64,000 nt of DNA from an uncultured virus (IMG/VR IMGVR_UViG_3300034946_000506) (IMGVR_UViG_3300034946_000506), one strand, 5' to 3'. Counted from the stretch's first letter, positions 1-9,260 are shown. Notes: a model not told the origin generated them from the sequence alone. Program-made: numbers and translations.

Positions 1-109
1 TAAGTGTATCACCAGATTGATCAAGCAAAATCTTGTTATCATTGGCTCCTGCGAACACAACCGCCGGACTTAATAAAAGCAAGAATAATATATAATTAAA
101 ATTTTTCAT
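1..109 (-). CDS. Partial secreted protein, possible curlin-like subunit (runs off the window)
   Basis: Manual translation MKNFNYILFLLLLSPAVVFAGANDNKILLDQSGDTL: signal peptide followed by a DNxIxxDQxG curlin-like start; directly downstream of csgG. Confidence 0.5.
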   Translation of the reverse strand, partial: MKNFNYILFLLLLSPAVVFAGANDNKILLDQSGDTL

Positions 110-113
110 CCTC

Positions 114-986
114 TTATTCCTTTTTTTGATGGAGATCATTTCTTCCATGAGATCCATGGGGGTGGCGATGACCATCTTTTATTACCCAATAGCCTTTATC
201 ATGGCCTTGGTATATTAGTTCTAACACAGCAAGCTCAATAGTAGCTCTAAGCGACCGTGTCACTGATTCATTTTCTGTCATACCATCTTCTATTTCTATA
301 AGCTTGGTTGACAAATCAATGAACTTAAAAACATCATAGCCATCCGCAATACTAAGGATAGTTTTTGACGCTTGTACATTTAATAGGATTTCTCCAGTTA
401 AAGTACTCACCGCGCGTAAGGAAACAGTTACAACATCTCGGCGGTATGCTTGTTGCATACCAATTCCTAGATATCGTGCACCACGACCTCCCGTCTCAAC
501 GTTAGTATCAAATCCTATGACACCTCCCTCAAGAATAATTCCAGCGAATAGTAATGGTGCTAGACCAGTATCATCTTCTTCGCCATATTGCTCTCTAGTT
601 GTTCGAACGATTTGACGTTCTCGAGTTAAGGAATCTAAACCTACTCTTTCTACAACTCTAAACCATGAACCATTACCTGCGGTTTTTAACGCGTCGATTA
701 ATATCGTCGCTGAACCTTGAGTAACGGCTGTGGAAAACATCGCAACGTCTCCCTTTTGTTTTCTTTGACCAGTTAAATCATTAAAGCTATACACAGCAAC
801 AACTGGCATTTTTGCTGGTGCTGGCAAATCATAAAGTTCCTTATATGTAGGAATCTTATTAATCGTTGGTTGATCCACACATACTAAACCCTTTACACAA
901 CCTGTAGCATCTAGGCCTTCTAATGGCACCATTTGTGCGCAACTAGATAAGAGCAATATGAAAATACTAGTTACAATATATTTCAT
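114..986 (-). CDS. csgG: Curli assembly/transport pore lipoprotein CsgG homolog
   Basis: Lipobox LSSC; VAVYSFNDLTGQRK, FSTAVTQG, WFRVVERVGLDSLTRERQIVR and TGGRGARYLGIG match the CsgG family. Confidence 0.9.
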   Translation of the reverse strand: MKYIVTSIFILLLSSCAQMVPLEGLDATGCVKGLVCVDQPTINKIPTYKELYDLPAPAKMPVVAVYSFNDLTGQRKQKGDVAMFSTAVTQGSATILIDALKTAGNGSWFRVVERVGLDSLTRERQIVRTTREQYGEEDDTGLAPLLFAGIILEGGVIGFDTNVETGGRGARYLGIGMQQAYRRDVVTVSLRAVSTLTGEILLNVQASKTILSIADGYDVFKFIDLSTKLIEIEDGMTENESVTRSLRATIELAVLELIYQGHDKGYWVIKDGHRHPHGSHGRNDLHQKKE

Positions 987-1570
987 TAGCCTGTTCCAGC
1001 TCCTACAGGAATAACGATTGTAGTCTCTGAACCGTCTTCAGCAACAATTGTCATAACTATAACTTCTTCGCCTTGAGTACATGTCCATATAGAAGCATCA
1101 CATGAGGTTCTTTGATATGTAATCACATTACCTTCTAATACAAAACTGCCAAACGAAGATTCAGAACAGGTTCCTGCTGCTGCACCTTCTGCACTACATG
1201 TCGAAAACAAGCTATCTACTAACTGCTTTGATAACTGTGCATAAATCCTGGATTCTAAATTCCGCATGAATTTAGCCATTGTAGTATTTTCTTCTTCTCT
1301 TTTAGCGGCTAATATTGCAGCTTCTATGTCATCAGCAATAGCTTTTCTACGAGAAAACTCTTGGTTCTCGATTGTAAGGTAATGCGATGATGTACCCATG
1401 CCATTAAAAGAAGGACTCTTAAACTTATGAACAAGTTCGTCTCCTTCAACTATTTGGCTAAATAACATAAACAGTATAAGTAATGGCCAAAAAGCGATTG
1501 AAAACCACACTAATGCCTTAATGCTCCATTCGTTTATTTTATCTAATATGTTCATCTTTTTTTCCTTCAT
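986..1570 (-). CDS. csgF: Curli assembly protein CsgF homolog
   Basis: Hydrophobic N-terminus then ELVHKFKSPSFNG (CsgF-like FxNPxFGG) and FMRNLESRIYAQLS; adjacent to csgG. Confidence 0.75.
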   Translation of the reverse strand: MKEKKMNILDKINEWSIKALVWFSIAFWPLLILFMLFSQIVEGDELVHKFKSPSFNGMGTSSHYLTIENQEFSRRKAIADDIEAAILAAKREEENTTMAKFMRNLESRIYAQLSKQLVDSLFSTCSAEGAAAGTCSESSFGSFVLEGNVITYQRTSCDASIWTCTQGEEVIVMTIVAEDGSETTIVIPVGAGTG

Positions 1571-1823
1571 TATTTAAATAGGTTTGTCTCTCTCTATATT
1601 CCAACACAACCTTAATTTTTTCTTGTAATCTAATCATATCTTGATCAAGCATTCTAACCTGGTCTATTAACCGTATAAGTCCCATATGCATTTCTTCTAG
1701 CTTAGGATCTAAATCATCATTAATAAACTTCCAAACATAATATACGAAATATGCTAAACCTACAATAGCAACTGTAGTAAAACCATATTCAGCTATTAAA
1801 ATAGCAGGATTTAAAGCATCCAT
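1539..1823 (-). CDS. Small single-TM coiled-coil membrane protein
   Basis: N-terminal TM (IAEYGFTTVAIVGLAYFVYYVW) plus heptad region; resembles its neighbour at 1825. Confidence 0.7.
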   Translation of the reverse strand: MDALNPAILIAEYGFTTVAIVGLAYFVYYVWKFINDDLDPKLEEMHMGLIRLIDQVRMLDQDMIRLQEKIKVVLEYRERQTYLNNEGKKDEHIR

Positions 1824-1824
1824 A

Positions 1825-2121
1825 TCAATCTCTTCTGACGTCTATCTTACCGTCTTCCACAAAGTTTTCGGACCTAGCTATCCTGTCGATAGGCGGTGTT
1901 AAGTCCAGCGCGCTAGAAACTAACATATCAATCTTGATAATTTCGTTGTTCATAGTACGCGCTCTATTTTCTAAACTCTTAGTAAACATATTAAGAGTGT
2001 TTATTTGCTCTACAACTCCAGATAACATTTGTTTTATTATAGTAAATATAAAAAAACCGGACGCTAAAGCACCAGCAATGGGTAATCCTACATCGCTTAT
2101 AAGACTAAATACTTCATTCAT
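1825..2121 (-). CDS. Small single-TM coiled-coil membrane protein (YvrJ/holin-like N-terminus)
   Basis: ISDVGLPIAGAL TM segment plus coiled coil. Confidence 0.7.
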   Translation of the reverse strand: MNEVFSLISDVGLPIAGALASGFFIFTIIKQMLSGVVEQINTLNMFTKSLENRARTMNNEIIKIDMLVSSALDLTPPIDRIARSENFVEDGKIDVRRD

Positions 2122-2124
2122 ATA

Positions 2125-2370
2125 TTAAGAAGAATGACCAACGCTAACAACTAAAAGAGCAGCTCCGCCTTCAAGAGTTTCGGCCGGTAGTTTTCTTATA
2201 TACTCTACTGTTTTAGTCTTAACTGTCATTGTTCCAAGAACTGTCGATCCAGTCTTGTGTGTCATTAATAAGTCACTGGCGCCGCCGTTGTATACTCTTA
2301 CCAAACTTGCGTTGCTTACTGCATTTGCTGATGTTAGATTTGACTCACTTCCCATTAATTTAATCTTCAT
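2125..2370 (-). CDS. Hypothetical protein
   Basis: ORF with GGAG SD, tightly packed in the operon. Confidence 0.7.
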   Translation of the reverse strand: MKIKLMGSESNLTSANAVSNASLVRVYNGGASDLLMTHKTGSTVLGTMTVKTKTVEYIRKLPAETLEGGAALLVVSVGHSS

Positions 2371-2382
2371 TTGTATCTCCTA

Positions 2383-2823
2383 TTAGATATTTTCTAAGCG
2401 TGACATAAGTCTTTCCGCTCGGTTTGTAACTTGCTTATGCCATCTAGAATCTCTTCCTTCAACGGCTGCTTTTTTCCAATCACCACTTTGCAAAGCTGCA
2501 TTGTGATTTTTAAATTGTGTTAATCTTGTTCTGCCCATATTAAACATCATATTAGCAATTACTTGTTTGGCTTCTTCAGGGTAATCATCCCATCCTTCAT
2601 GCAATATTTTGCAGTCTTTAAGTACTGACTGTACATCATGATTGAAGCAGGCAATTGTTCTTTCTTCTGATACTGGGGTTCCCACAGCCTGTCCATGCTC
2701 TGGATCTGATTCGAGGACCAAGTGGCCAATTCCGAAAGTTGCGTAGCCCAAATGATCTTCATAAATTTCATTGACTTTACCCTCATCAATTGTTAGTGTT
2801 TCTCTTAATTGTTCAATATTCAT
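2383..2823 (-). CDS. T4-type lysozyme (GH24) endolysin
   Basis: DEG...IYEDHLGYATFGIGHL catalytic E/D/T pattern; NMMFNMG; SRWHKQVTNRAERL. Confidence 0.92.
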   Translation of the reverse strand: MNIEQLRETLTIDEGKVNEIYEDHLGYATFGIGHLVLESDPEHGQAVGTPVSEERTIACFNHDVQSVLKDCKILHEGWDDYPEEAKQVIANMMFNMGRTRLTQFKNHNAALQSGDWKKAAVEGRDSRWHKQVTNRAERLMSRLENI

Positions 2824-2833
2824 ATTCTTTTCC

Positions 2834-3586
2834 TTATTGGCTCATATTCATAATTCTATCAATTGGAATAGTATTCCAACTCGTTGTACTTTTCCAATTA
2901 CTTAAAGTATGTTGACCATCAAATGTAGCTTCCCAAAATACTAATTCATCATTTGTATCTGAGGCTGTAAACTGTGTTAAATCTTTTAAATCACCATCAA
3001 ATAATGTTCCGTTAATTTGGACTGCGCTCTGATCTACTTGTCTTTGTGGTTGCATACCTGGCATTATTTCTTCCATTGGACATAGCCAAAAGAACTCTAA
3101 TAAATCTGTATCATCAATTTCAGCATATCTATCTTCAGCTGAAATTTCCGTGTTATTACTTAAATCGTATGTTCCATATTGCATTTTTAATTTATTTGGA
3201 TATGTTTTGTCTTCTAAGTTCTGTGATTTTAAATTAGTATACATACCTAAAATATCTTCCATATATACATTTGATCCAAAATTCTCATGTAAGTATATAT
3301 CAGCATTCTGTAACGTTGCAGTAGTTACATCTTCTTCAATAATAGTTACTTTTACTTCATCTTTAAACAAAGTCTTAAGCCAAGTAATAACTCTTTTATT
3401 ATTTTCATATGCATATACATGTGTCGCACCGTACTTAACACATAGCCATGTTATAATCCCGGAACCAGCACCTAGTTCAACTACTGTTTTACCTGAAATA
3501 TTTGCTTTAATAAAGTCTAAATAAGCTTCAGTTCTTTCTTTATCGATAGCATAATCAAATACTCTATTTACTATTTGGTTTTTCAT
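2834..3586 (-). CDS. Class I SAM-dependent methyltransferase, PRMT-like
   Basis: DKERTEAY...GKTVVELGAGSGII...GATHVYAYE resembles the protein-arginine MTase N-terminal core. Confidence 0.75.
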   Translation of the reverse strand: MKNQIVNRVFDYAIDKERTEAYLDFIKANISGKTVVELGAGSGIITWLCVKYGATHVYAYENNKRVITWLKTLFKDEVKVTIIEEDVTTATLQNADIYLHENFGSNVYMEDILGMYTNLKSQNLEDKTYPNKLKMQYGTYDLSNNTEISAEDRYAEIDDTDLLEFFWLCPMEEIMPGMQPQRQVDQSAVQINGTLFDGDLKDLTQFTASDTNDELVFWEATFDGQHTLSNWKSTTSWNTIPIDRIMNMSQ

Positions 3587-3789
3587 ACTGTTTCATTCCA
3601 TGGTAAGTTTTCTTCAACCCATTCATTAACTTTATATTGAGTTGCGTCTTCATCAATGAATCTATTGTTTTCTGAATCTAATACTGCATGTATTTGAGCA
3701 AATCCATCATGCCAAACAAACTCAGCCCATTTTAATGTACCGGTTGGATTATCCCAATCTTCTACTATTGTATATGCTATATTTGACAT
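3583..3789 (-). CDS. Hypothetical protein
   Basis: Start-stop coupled ORF (MSNIAY...). Confidence 0.6.
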   Translation of the reverse strand: MSNIAYTIVEDWDNPTGTLKWAEFVWHDGFAQIHAVLDSENNRFIDEDATQYKVNEWVEENLPWNETV

Positions 3790-4559
3790 TATGATACCGT
3801 CCATGTTGATCGATCAGTTGTTGTTGTATTTGCGCTACCAGTGCCCGATCCTCCTGGGAATAAGTCACTGTCATGAGTAGCAGTAAATGTCTGGCCGCTC
3901 CCGGTAAGATAAGGGCCGACAGCGCTGAAATTAACTTCGTTCCACAACCAAATTCTGGTTGTGTTAGTTGAAGAATAATAGTAACTAGCATCAGCTCTTG
4001 GTAGTGTTAGTGTTGTCATACCACTTCTTGTAGCCACTAAATTTGTATATCCAGCATTACTGTTACTTCCTGTATCCTCTACAATCATCATTACCACAGA
4101 ATACAACTGAGTAGGTCCATATGTCTGATGAGTTATTGATCTTAATGTACCCATTGCGCCGCTCGAAGTGCCCCAGGTAGTTAGATCAGGACTGCCTATA
4201 ATACTACCTTGAGCTGAATCTGTTTTAACAGCGCTACTTATATTATTATTGTAAGCGCCAATAGTACTATCGTAAGTGTTGCCATATGATTGTCCAAACC
4301 CATGAAGAATAGCTTCATAGGTATAACCTCTAGGACCAGATACCATCTGATACTTTGCTGCCGGTTGTATTACAACTGAACTTATCCCGTGACTATACCC
4401 ACTAAATTCTGACATAGCATCAGGACTTGAGAATCCGGCCAGAGCAGATGCAGCTCTAAGTTGATAATGAGCTTCACCCGCGGTAGCCCACGGTAAATTT
4501 ACTTCGTTAGCGATCGCAGATAGATGTATGTCACCTTGCGCTGTTGTATTAATTGCCAT
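3789..4559 (-). CDS. Gly/Ser/Thr-rich probable virion or tail-fiber-associated protein
   Basis: G/S/T-rich; N-terminal GDIHLSAIANE...MSEFSGYS resembles adhesin N-termini; downstream of a late promoter. Confidence 0.55.
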   Translation of the reverse strand: MAINTTAQGDIHLSAIANEVNLPWATAGEAHYQLRAASALAGFSSPDAMSEFSGYSHGISSVVIQPAAKYQMVSGPRGYTYEAILHGFGQSYGNTYDSTIGAYNNNISSAVKTDSAQGSIIGSPDLTTWGTSSGAMGTLRSITHQTYGPTQLYSVVMMIVEDTGSNSNAGYTNLVATRSGMTTLTLPRADASYYYSSTNTTRIWLWNEVNFSAVGPYLTGSGQTFTATHDSDLFPGGSGTGSANTTTTDRSTWTVS

Positions 4560-4825
4560 TACTTAATAATCTCCGTAATTAAATTTTCAAACTGTTCTAT
4601 CTTAGAAACTCTATTTGGCCAAAGAATATATTCTTTTTCGGGATTTTTCTTTAGATTTGATAGTAAAGGAAGAATTGCATTATATAGCTTATTCAGCTTA
4701 TCCTCTAATTCACTTGCATTAGCAGATGCTGAGGTAGCTTCAGATTTTACAGACTGTACTGCTTCAAGCTCGTTTTCGTCAACTGCAGTAAATCCAAAAT
4801 CGAAATTTAATAAATCATTACTCAT
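4559..4825 (-). CDS. Conserved hypothetical T4-like phage protein
   Basis: FDFGFTAVDE...LKKNPEKEYILWPNR; SD AAAGGAG. Confidence 0.7.
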   Translation of the reverse strand: MSNDLLNFDFGFTAVDENELEAVQSVKSEATSASANASELEDKLNKLYNAILPLLSNLKKNPEKEYILWPNRVSKIEQFENLITEIIK

Positions 4826-4842
4826 TTTATCTCCTTTACTGT

Positions 4843-4850
4843 TATTTATA
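4843..4850 (-). promoter_or_regulatory. T4-type late promoter (TATAAATA)
   Basis: Exact TATAAATA on the minus strand upstream of the 4825 start. Confidence 0.7.
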
Positions 4851-4875
4851 CAAGTAAAAAAGTCAAAATGCTGAT

Positions 4876-5217
4876 TTATGGCATTGGTTGATATTCAGAC
4901 ATGCTATACTTTAATAGGATTTCATCACCCATCATAATACGAGTCTTAGTAAAGAGGTTTGCTTCTTGGCCATGCATTGTAAAGCTTGATTGACCAGTTT
5001 TTATTACAGTAATACAATTAGGGTTTTCAGAATGATTGATAAAACCACCTAATGGAGTTCTTATCCATTCGTCTTTTACAAATATTCGACAAAGACCTAA
5101 GTTAATACCAGCATCTATATCTTCTACTGCAAATATACCTAGACCATGAGTGTTACTATTCTTGATAGTAAGTGATTTTGGTAATGGAGTATAGGTATTT
5201 TCGAAACTAATCGTCAT
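4876..5217 (-). CDS. SET-domain protein (lysine methyltransferase-like)
   Basis: HGLGIFAVEDI, GFINHSENPNC and GDEILLKY are the hallmark SET motifs. Confidence 0.85.
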   Translation of the reverse strand: MTISFENTYTPLPKSLTIKNSNTHGLGIFAVEDIDAGINLGLCRIFVKDEWIRTPLGGFINHSENPNCITVIKTGQSSFTMHGQEANLFTKTRIMMGDEILLKYSMSEYQPMP

Positions 5218-5320
5218 CTTTTTCACCCTTTATTCGTTTTAGTATTTCTACTAAATCTTCAATTGTTTCTACATCCGTTTGATTTTCTGTGTCTATTTCG
5301 ACATTTATAGTTATTTTCAT
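5207..5320 (-). CDS. Small hypothetical protein (37 aa)
   Basis: Manual translation MKITINVEIDTENQTDVETIEDLVEILKRIKGEKDDD; fills the gap. Confidence 0.55.
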   Translation of the reverse strand: MKITINVEIDTENQTDVETIEDLVEILKRIKGEKDDD

Positions 5321-5322
5321 AT

Positions 5323-5649
5323 TTATTTATTTACATAAAAGCTTTCGCCGCAACCGCATTCTCCAGTTACATTTGGATTCACAAATTGGAATCCTTCGTT
5401 AAGGCCTTCAAAAACATATTCAAGTCTTGTGCCTGCAAGAAAAGCCATACTGTCATCATCTACTACGAGTTTAATATCTTCTGATTGAACAATGATATCA
5501 TGGGTTTTTATTAGATAACAGTACTCCATATTATATGAGTATCCACTACAACCTGAACTTCTGACTTCTATTCTAACACCAACACAATCAGTTCGGCCGG
5601 CCAATCTTTCTCGTAATATGTCTATTGCATGCGAAGTAATACTAATCAT
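5323..5649 (-). CDS. iscA: HesB/IscA iron-sulfur cluster assembly accessory protein
   Basis: SGCSGYSY and FVNPNVTGECGCGESF motifs with the three conserved Cys. Confidence 0.92.
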   Translation of the reverse strand: MISITSHAIDILRERLAGRTDCVGVRIEVRSSGCSGYSYNMEYCYLIKTHDIIVQSEDIKLVVDDDSMAFLAGTRLEYVFEGLNEGFQFVNPNVTGECGCGESFYVNK

Positions 5650-5822
5650 CCAAATAGACCCCAACCATGATTAGCAATTGCATTAAGTATAATTGCTATA
5701 CAAGTCGCCATGTGAGTAAACCACCATACCGTTCTAATTCCTGCGACTGTATTTGCTTGTTTATCAGTCTCGCCGACCTTTTCGCCTAGACTCTTAGCCC
5801 AGATTCTCCACCATTTCTTCAT
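5646..5822 (-). CDS. Small membrane protein
   Basis: WRIWAKSLGEK...IRT plus C-terminal hydrophobic helix. Confidence 0.65.
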   Translation of the reverse strand: MKKWWRIWAKSLGEKVGETDKQANTVAGIRTVWWFTHMATCIAIILNAIANHGWGLFG

Positions 5823-5992
5823 TGTATCCATCCTATTATTATATTAAACATTATAAGATACACACATAACAAATTTGATACAACGATAAAAGTTCTTATC
5901 ACTGATATTCTGTTTTCATTTTGTACGTCATAACCATCCTCTTCGTCAAAAGATCCTAGGGCGTGTTTCCAAATTATCCAAAGCTTATGCAT
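5819..5992 (-). CDS. Small membrane protein, paralog-like to its neighbour
   Basis: Manual translation MHKLWIIWKHALGSF...VIRTFIVVSNLLCVYLIMFNII; ATGA overlap. Confidence 0.6.
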   Translation of the reverse strand: MHKLWIIWKHALGSFDEEDGYDVQNENRISVIRTFIVVSNLLCVYLIMFNIIIGWIQ

Positions 5993-6152
5993 GACCACGA
6001 CGAACTAATTCGTTTCTAATTTTCTGCTTAAGTTTAGGCTCACAATTAGAATTCAGCTTCTCTTTTAATTCTTCAGTCTTAGTTGACTTCATATAAAAAT
6101 TTTGTATTTGACCACTACGATCTTTTTGCGTTTCTTTAAATTTAACTGGCAT
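5985..6152 (-). CDS. Small basic hypothetical protein
   Basis: Manual translation MPVKFKETQK...KIRNELVRRGHA; SD GGAG. Confidence 0.6.
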   Translation of the reverse strand: MPVKFKETQKDRSGQIQNFYMKSTKTEELKEKLNSNCEPKLKQKIRNELVRRGHA

Positions 6153-6153
6153 A

Positions 6154-6741
6154 TTATTCTCCTACGATATGCTTATATATTTCTTTCCATTTCCAATACC
6201 TAGGGATATCTCCTTGGTAATAAGAGTTATGCTCATGAGCAACAATAATTGAATTAAGTCCTAATTCTTTACCAAGCTCAGCATTCTCAACTTTATCTTC
6301 AACCCAAAAACATCCAGTATCTCTGTATGGTTCTAAGGCTTCGTCTTTGTCAGCACCACATGGTAGACATATCACTTCATCCCATAATTCGCGGCCAAAT
6401 AACAAATCTAGATTTTGATATCTTAATCTTTGAGCATACTTATTATCACTTAAAGATGTTATACAATGGAATTTATATCCATGTAACATATTAAGTCTTT
6501 TCATATAATAAACAGCATCTCTTAAAGGCGGTAAAAACGCAATTGCTGCTGACTCATTAAACTGTCTAACCAATGGCTTTGACTGGTAACGTGCCAGATC
6601 AAATCTTTTAGCAATATCATACTCATTGCTATTTTTTGTTTGTATACCTTGATGATGCATCCATTGTGTAAATGAGTATTCCCAATCACATAGTACTCCA
6701 TCACAGTCTACTAATATTATATTTTCTTTCATTTCTATCAT
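6154..6741 (-). CDS. HAD-family phosphatase (T4 gp30.2-like / 5'-nucleotidase-like)
   Basis: LVDCDGVL motif I; WVEDK motif IV. Confidence 0.8.
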   Translation of the reverse strand: MIEMKENIILVDCDGVLCDWEYSFTQWMHHQGIQTKNSNEYDIAKRFDLARYQSKPLVRQFNESAAIAFLPPLRDAVYYMKRLNMLHGYKFHCITSLSDNKYAQRLRYQNLDLLFGRELWDEVICLPCGADKDEALEPYRDTGCFWVEDKVENAELGKELGLNSIIVAHEHNSYYQGDIPRYWKWKEIYKHIVGE

Positions 6742-6765
6742 AGTTCCTTACCAGTTTATATGTAT

Positions 6766-6794
6766 ATTATAACACAGTTTTTGGTAAAAGTAAA
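6766..6794 (-). promoter_or_regulatory. Sigma70-type early promoter
   Basis: TTTACT-N17-TATAAT with TG extension; member of the repeated promoter family. Confidence 0.8.
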
Positions 6795-6807
6795 CAACTA
6801 TTTTCAT

Positions 6808-7491
6808 TTATCTTCCAAATAGTTTTCTTCGTTTATATTCCGCAATAGTTTCTAATAACTTCTTGCTCCAGTTATCACGATGTTCAACAAAAACTTGAGG
6901 GCCTTGATCACCTGCAATTAATGTAACCAATTGTGTTATTGGCATACCTGTTCTTTCTTCCCACATAATAGAATATGCAGTTTCTTGTACGAAATATCCT
7001 TCGCACCATTCTTTCTTCTTTGGCTTTGCTGAGGTCTTATAATCTATAATAGAATTTTTACCATTCCATACACCTACACAATCTACTCTTCCAGCAACTC
7101 CTAAATGAGTAGAATATAGTGGAGCTTCTTGAGCATAGACTTTAGAAAGGTTAGCATCAAGAATTTCTTTTACTTCCATAAAATTAGATTTTACTATAAG
7201 GTTAGCATCTTTGTAGTAATCTTCTTCGTTATCAACATATCTTTCTAAGACCGCGTGGACTGATGTTCCACGAGTTGAAGCTCTACGAGAAATACGATTA
7301 GCTTCAACTTCACCAACGCGTTGTCTCCAAGCTCTAATATGATCTTCACTTAATATAGAAAGTACTGTTGTAATAGAAGGGTAGTTAACACCATCAGGAG
7401 CGGCATATGTTCTGCCACTTGAAAGTGTTGTAGCAACCATATCTTTGTAGCCCATATCAATTGGTTCATGTTTAAAGTTTCCCATTTTCAT
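6808..7491 (-). CDS. PD-(D/E)xK exonuclease (Cas4-like phage exonuclease)
   Basis: YPSITTVL, RGTSVH, AGRVDC, IIDYKTS, QETAY. Confidence 0.85.
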   Translation of the reverse strand: MKMGNFKHEPIDMGYKDMVATTLSSGRTYAAPDGVNYPSITTVLSILSEDHIRAWRQRVGEVEANRISRRASTRGTSVHAVLERYVDNEEDYYKDANLIVKSNFMEVKEILDANLSKVYAQEAPLYSTHLGVAGRVDCVGVWNGKNSIIDYKTSAKPKKKEWCEGYFVQETAYSIMWEERTGMPITQLVTLIAGDQGPQVFVEHRDNWSKKLLETIAEYKRRKLFGR

Positions 7492-8155
7492 ATAATTCCT
7501 TTGTCATAATAAAATCTCTTACAAAACCACTTCGAACAATGTCTTCCCATTTAAATTCAATATGATCAAAGGAGTTCATGTGTTTAATAATTTCAATAAA
7601 ATCTTTAATGCCGTCTTTATCACCAGCTCGAGTAAAGTCTGATTGGTAGTAATCACCAGACATAATAAATCTACAATCTTCACCAAGTCTTGTTATAACA
7701 GAGCAGAGTTCATGATAGTTACAATTTTGTGATTCGTCAACTATAACAACTGCATTCTTAATAGTTAATCCTCTAATAAAAGAAGTAGTAAGAAATTCAA
7801 TTTGCTTTAGCTGAACCATCTTAGTCCAACCATCATAATCTTGAAACAGATCATTTACAATAGCTTTATAAGGCGCAGTGTAAGCATCTTCCTTTTCTTC
7901 TTGAGTTCCTGGTAAAAAACCCATGTCTCTGGTAGGAACTGCAGAACGCACAATAATAACTTTTTCATATTCTTTCTTTAATACAGCTTCTAAAGCTAAA
8001 TACAAAGATATAAAGGTTTTACCTGTACCTGCTGAACCATCTAAACATAAATGGCTTCCACTAGCAAAAGCATCAAATGCTAGTTTTTGGTTTTGTGTTA
8101 AAGGATCTAATTTAGCTAGATGTTCTAGCTTTAAACGTGTTGGTTTCTTATTCAT
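7472..8155 (-). CDS. phoH: PhoH-family ATPase
   Basis: GSAGTGKT, MGFLPG, FIRGLT, VDESQN, GDYYQSD, DIVRSG. Confidence 0.93.
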   Translation of the reverse strand: MNKKPTRLKLEHLAKLDPLTQNQKLAFDAFASGSHLCLDGSAGTGKTFISLYLALEAVLKKEYEKVIIVRSAVPTRDMGFLPGTQEEKEDAYTAPYKAIVNDLFQDYDGWTKMVQLKQIEFLTTSFIRGLTIKNAVVIVDESQNCNYHELCSVITRLGEDCRFIMSGDYYQSDFTRAGDKDGIKDFIEIIKHMNSFDHIEFKWEDIVRSGFVRDFIMTKELYENGKL

Positions 8156-8394
8156 TTTGTATTTATGTTATCCCTAAGTCGTGGTGGTAAACCTTTTTTG
8201 ATTCGTTGTTGAACTTCTTTCCATCCGTCTCCAGCCTTACGGCCAACAGATCCAGATACTTCTCCTATAATCATTGGTGAACCAATAACTTGTCGAACGT
8301 TTTTGTCTTTAACGTATTCTTCCATATCAGAAATAGACATCATTTTAGTGTATACTTCTCCAGAAGTTAAATCTTTAAAATCATATAATGGCAT
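8152..8394 (-). CDS. Conserved hypothetical protein (FmdB-like N-terminus)
   Basis: MPLYDFKD...GDGWKEV, commonly found before phoH in T4-like phages. Confidence 0.65.
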   Translation of the reverse strand: MPLYDFKDLTSGEVYTKMMSISDMEEYVKDKNVRQVIGSPMIIGEVSGSVGRKAGDGWKEVQQRIKKGLPPRLRDNINTK

Positions 8395-8950
8395 GAAACC
8401 ACTCCGGTATTTGACGTTTAGTCCAAAGCATTTTGAACCTGTCTTGTTTTGTCATATAAAAATTCCTATAGGATTCTACTGCATTTGTTCCATTTAAATC
8501 ATTGACAACGCATTCAGGATTTGCGCTCATTGCTAATTTATATGGAGTCTTAGTTATAGTATGCTTGATTCCGTAAGGAGGATTACGTAAAAATCTCCGT
8601 AGTTTTAAATCAGTCGCATGAATTTTTCCATACCTATATGTATATTCATCGCAAAGAGCAATAAAATGAGCGTAATGCCATCTATAGTTTTGGCAACATT
8701 CACGAGTCCATACTGTTGATGGATGATTGTAATGACACGCTTTATATAGTATGTCTTCACGATCATCGTCTAGTTTAAAATATTGTAACATAGAGCCTGA
8801 TTTTGATGGTCTACGTTCCATGACACCGTCTACCATTCTGTGAACAGTTGATAGCATTTGTGCAGATTCTACAATCATTTTTACGACGTGTTTGTCGCAT
8901 TGTAATTGTGCGGCTTCGATAGGATCTTCGGATAAAATAAATATATTCAT
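8381..8950 (-). CDS. Pyrimidine-dimer DNA glycosylase / endonuclease V-like protein
   Basis: MNIFIL...CDKHVVKMIVESAQMLSTVHR...HYNHPSTVWTR. Confidence 0.8.
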   Translation of the reverse strand: MNIFILSEDPIEAAQLQCDKHVVKMIVESAQMLSTVHRMVDGVMERRPSKSGSMLQYFKLDDDREDILYKACHYNHPSTVWTRECCQNYRWHYAHFIALCDEYTYRYGKIHATDLKLRRFLRNPPYGIKHTITKTPYKLAMSANPECVVNDLNGTNAVESYRNFYMTKQDRFKMLWTKRQIPEWFHAII

Positions 8951-8957
8951 AATGTAT

Positions 8958-8986
8958 ATTATAACACAGTTTCAAGTAAATGTAAA
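8958..8986 (-). promoter_or_regulatory. Sigma70-type early promoter; predicted leaderless mRNA
   Basis: TTTACA-N17-TATAAT with ATG 7 nt after the -10. Confidence 0.8.
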
Positions 8987-9017
8987 CCCCTCAGTGAAAA
9001 TAAAATCACTGAGGGGT
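8986..9017. terminator. 12-bp stem-loop directly upstream of an early promoter
   Basis: ACCCCTCAGTGA-N8-TCACTGAGGGGT perfect inverted repeat. Confidence 0.7.
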
Positions 9018-9021
9018 AATT

Positions 9022-9192
9022 TTAATGCACTTTGCTTATTGCCTCCATATCATCTAGGAAATGATTTAAATGCGCGATCTTTTTTTCCATCTTATACGCT
9101 AACACATCTTTTCCTTTCTTTAGTAATTTTCTTTGATAGTATAATGCCTCATTTCTGTCCTTCTTAAGGCGTTCAATTTGAATATAACTCAT
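9022..9192 (-). CDS. Small hypothetical protein (56 aa)
   Basis: Manual translation MSYIQIERLKKDRNEALYYQ...; SD GGAG. Confidence 0.6.
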   Translation of the reverse strand: MSYIQIERLKKDRNEALYYQRKLLKKGKDVLAYKMEKKIAHLNHFLDDMEAISKVH

Positions 9193-9260
9193 AAGCAATC
9201 TCCAGGTTATTTAGTTAATTGAAAAACTATCATGATATAGATCGTGTCGTTATTTTTCTC

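Noticed and set aside
6808..7491. Cas4-like nuclease as a sign of a CRISPR system
   Set aside because: No repeat-spacer array or other cas genes were seen; this is a common standalone exonuclease of T4-like phages
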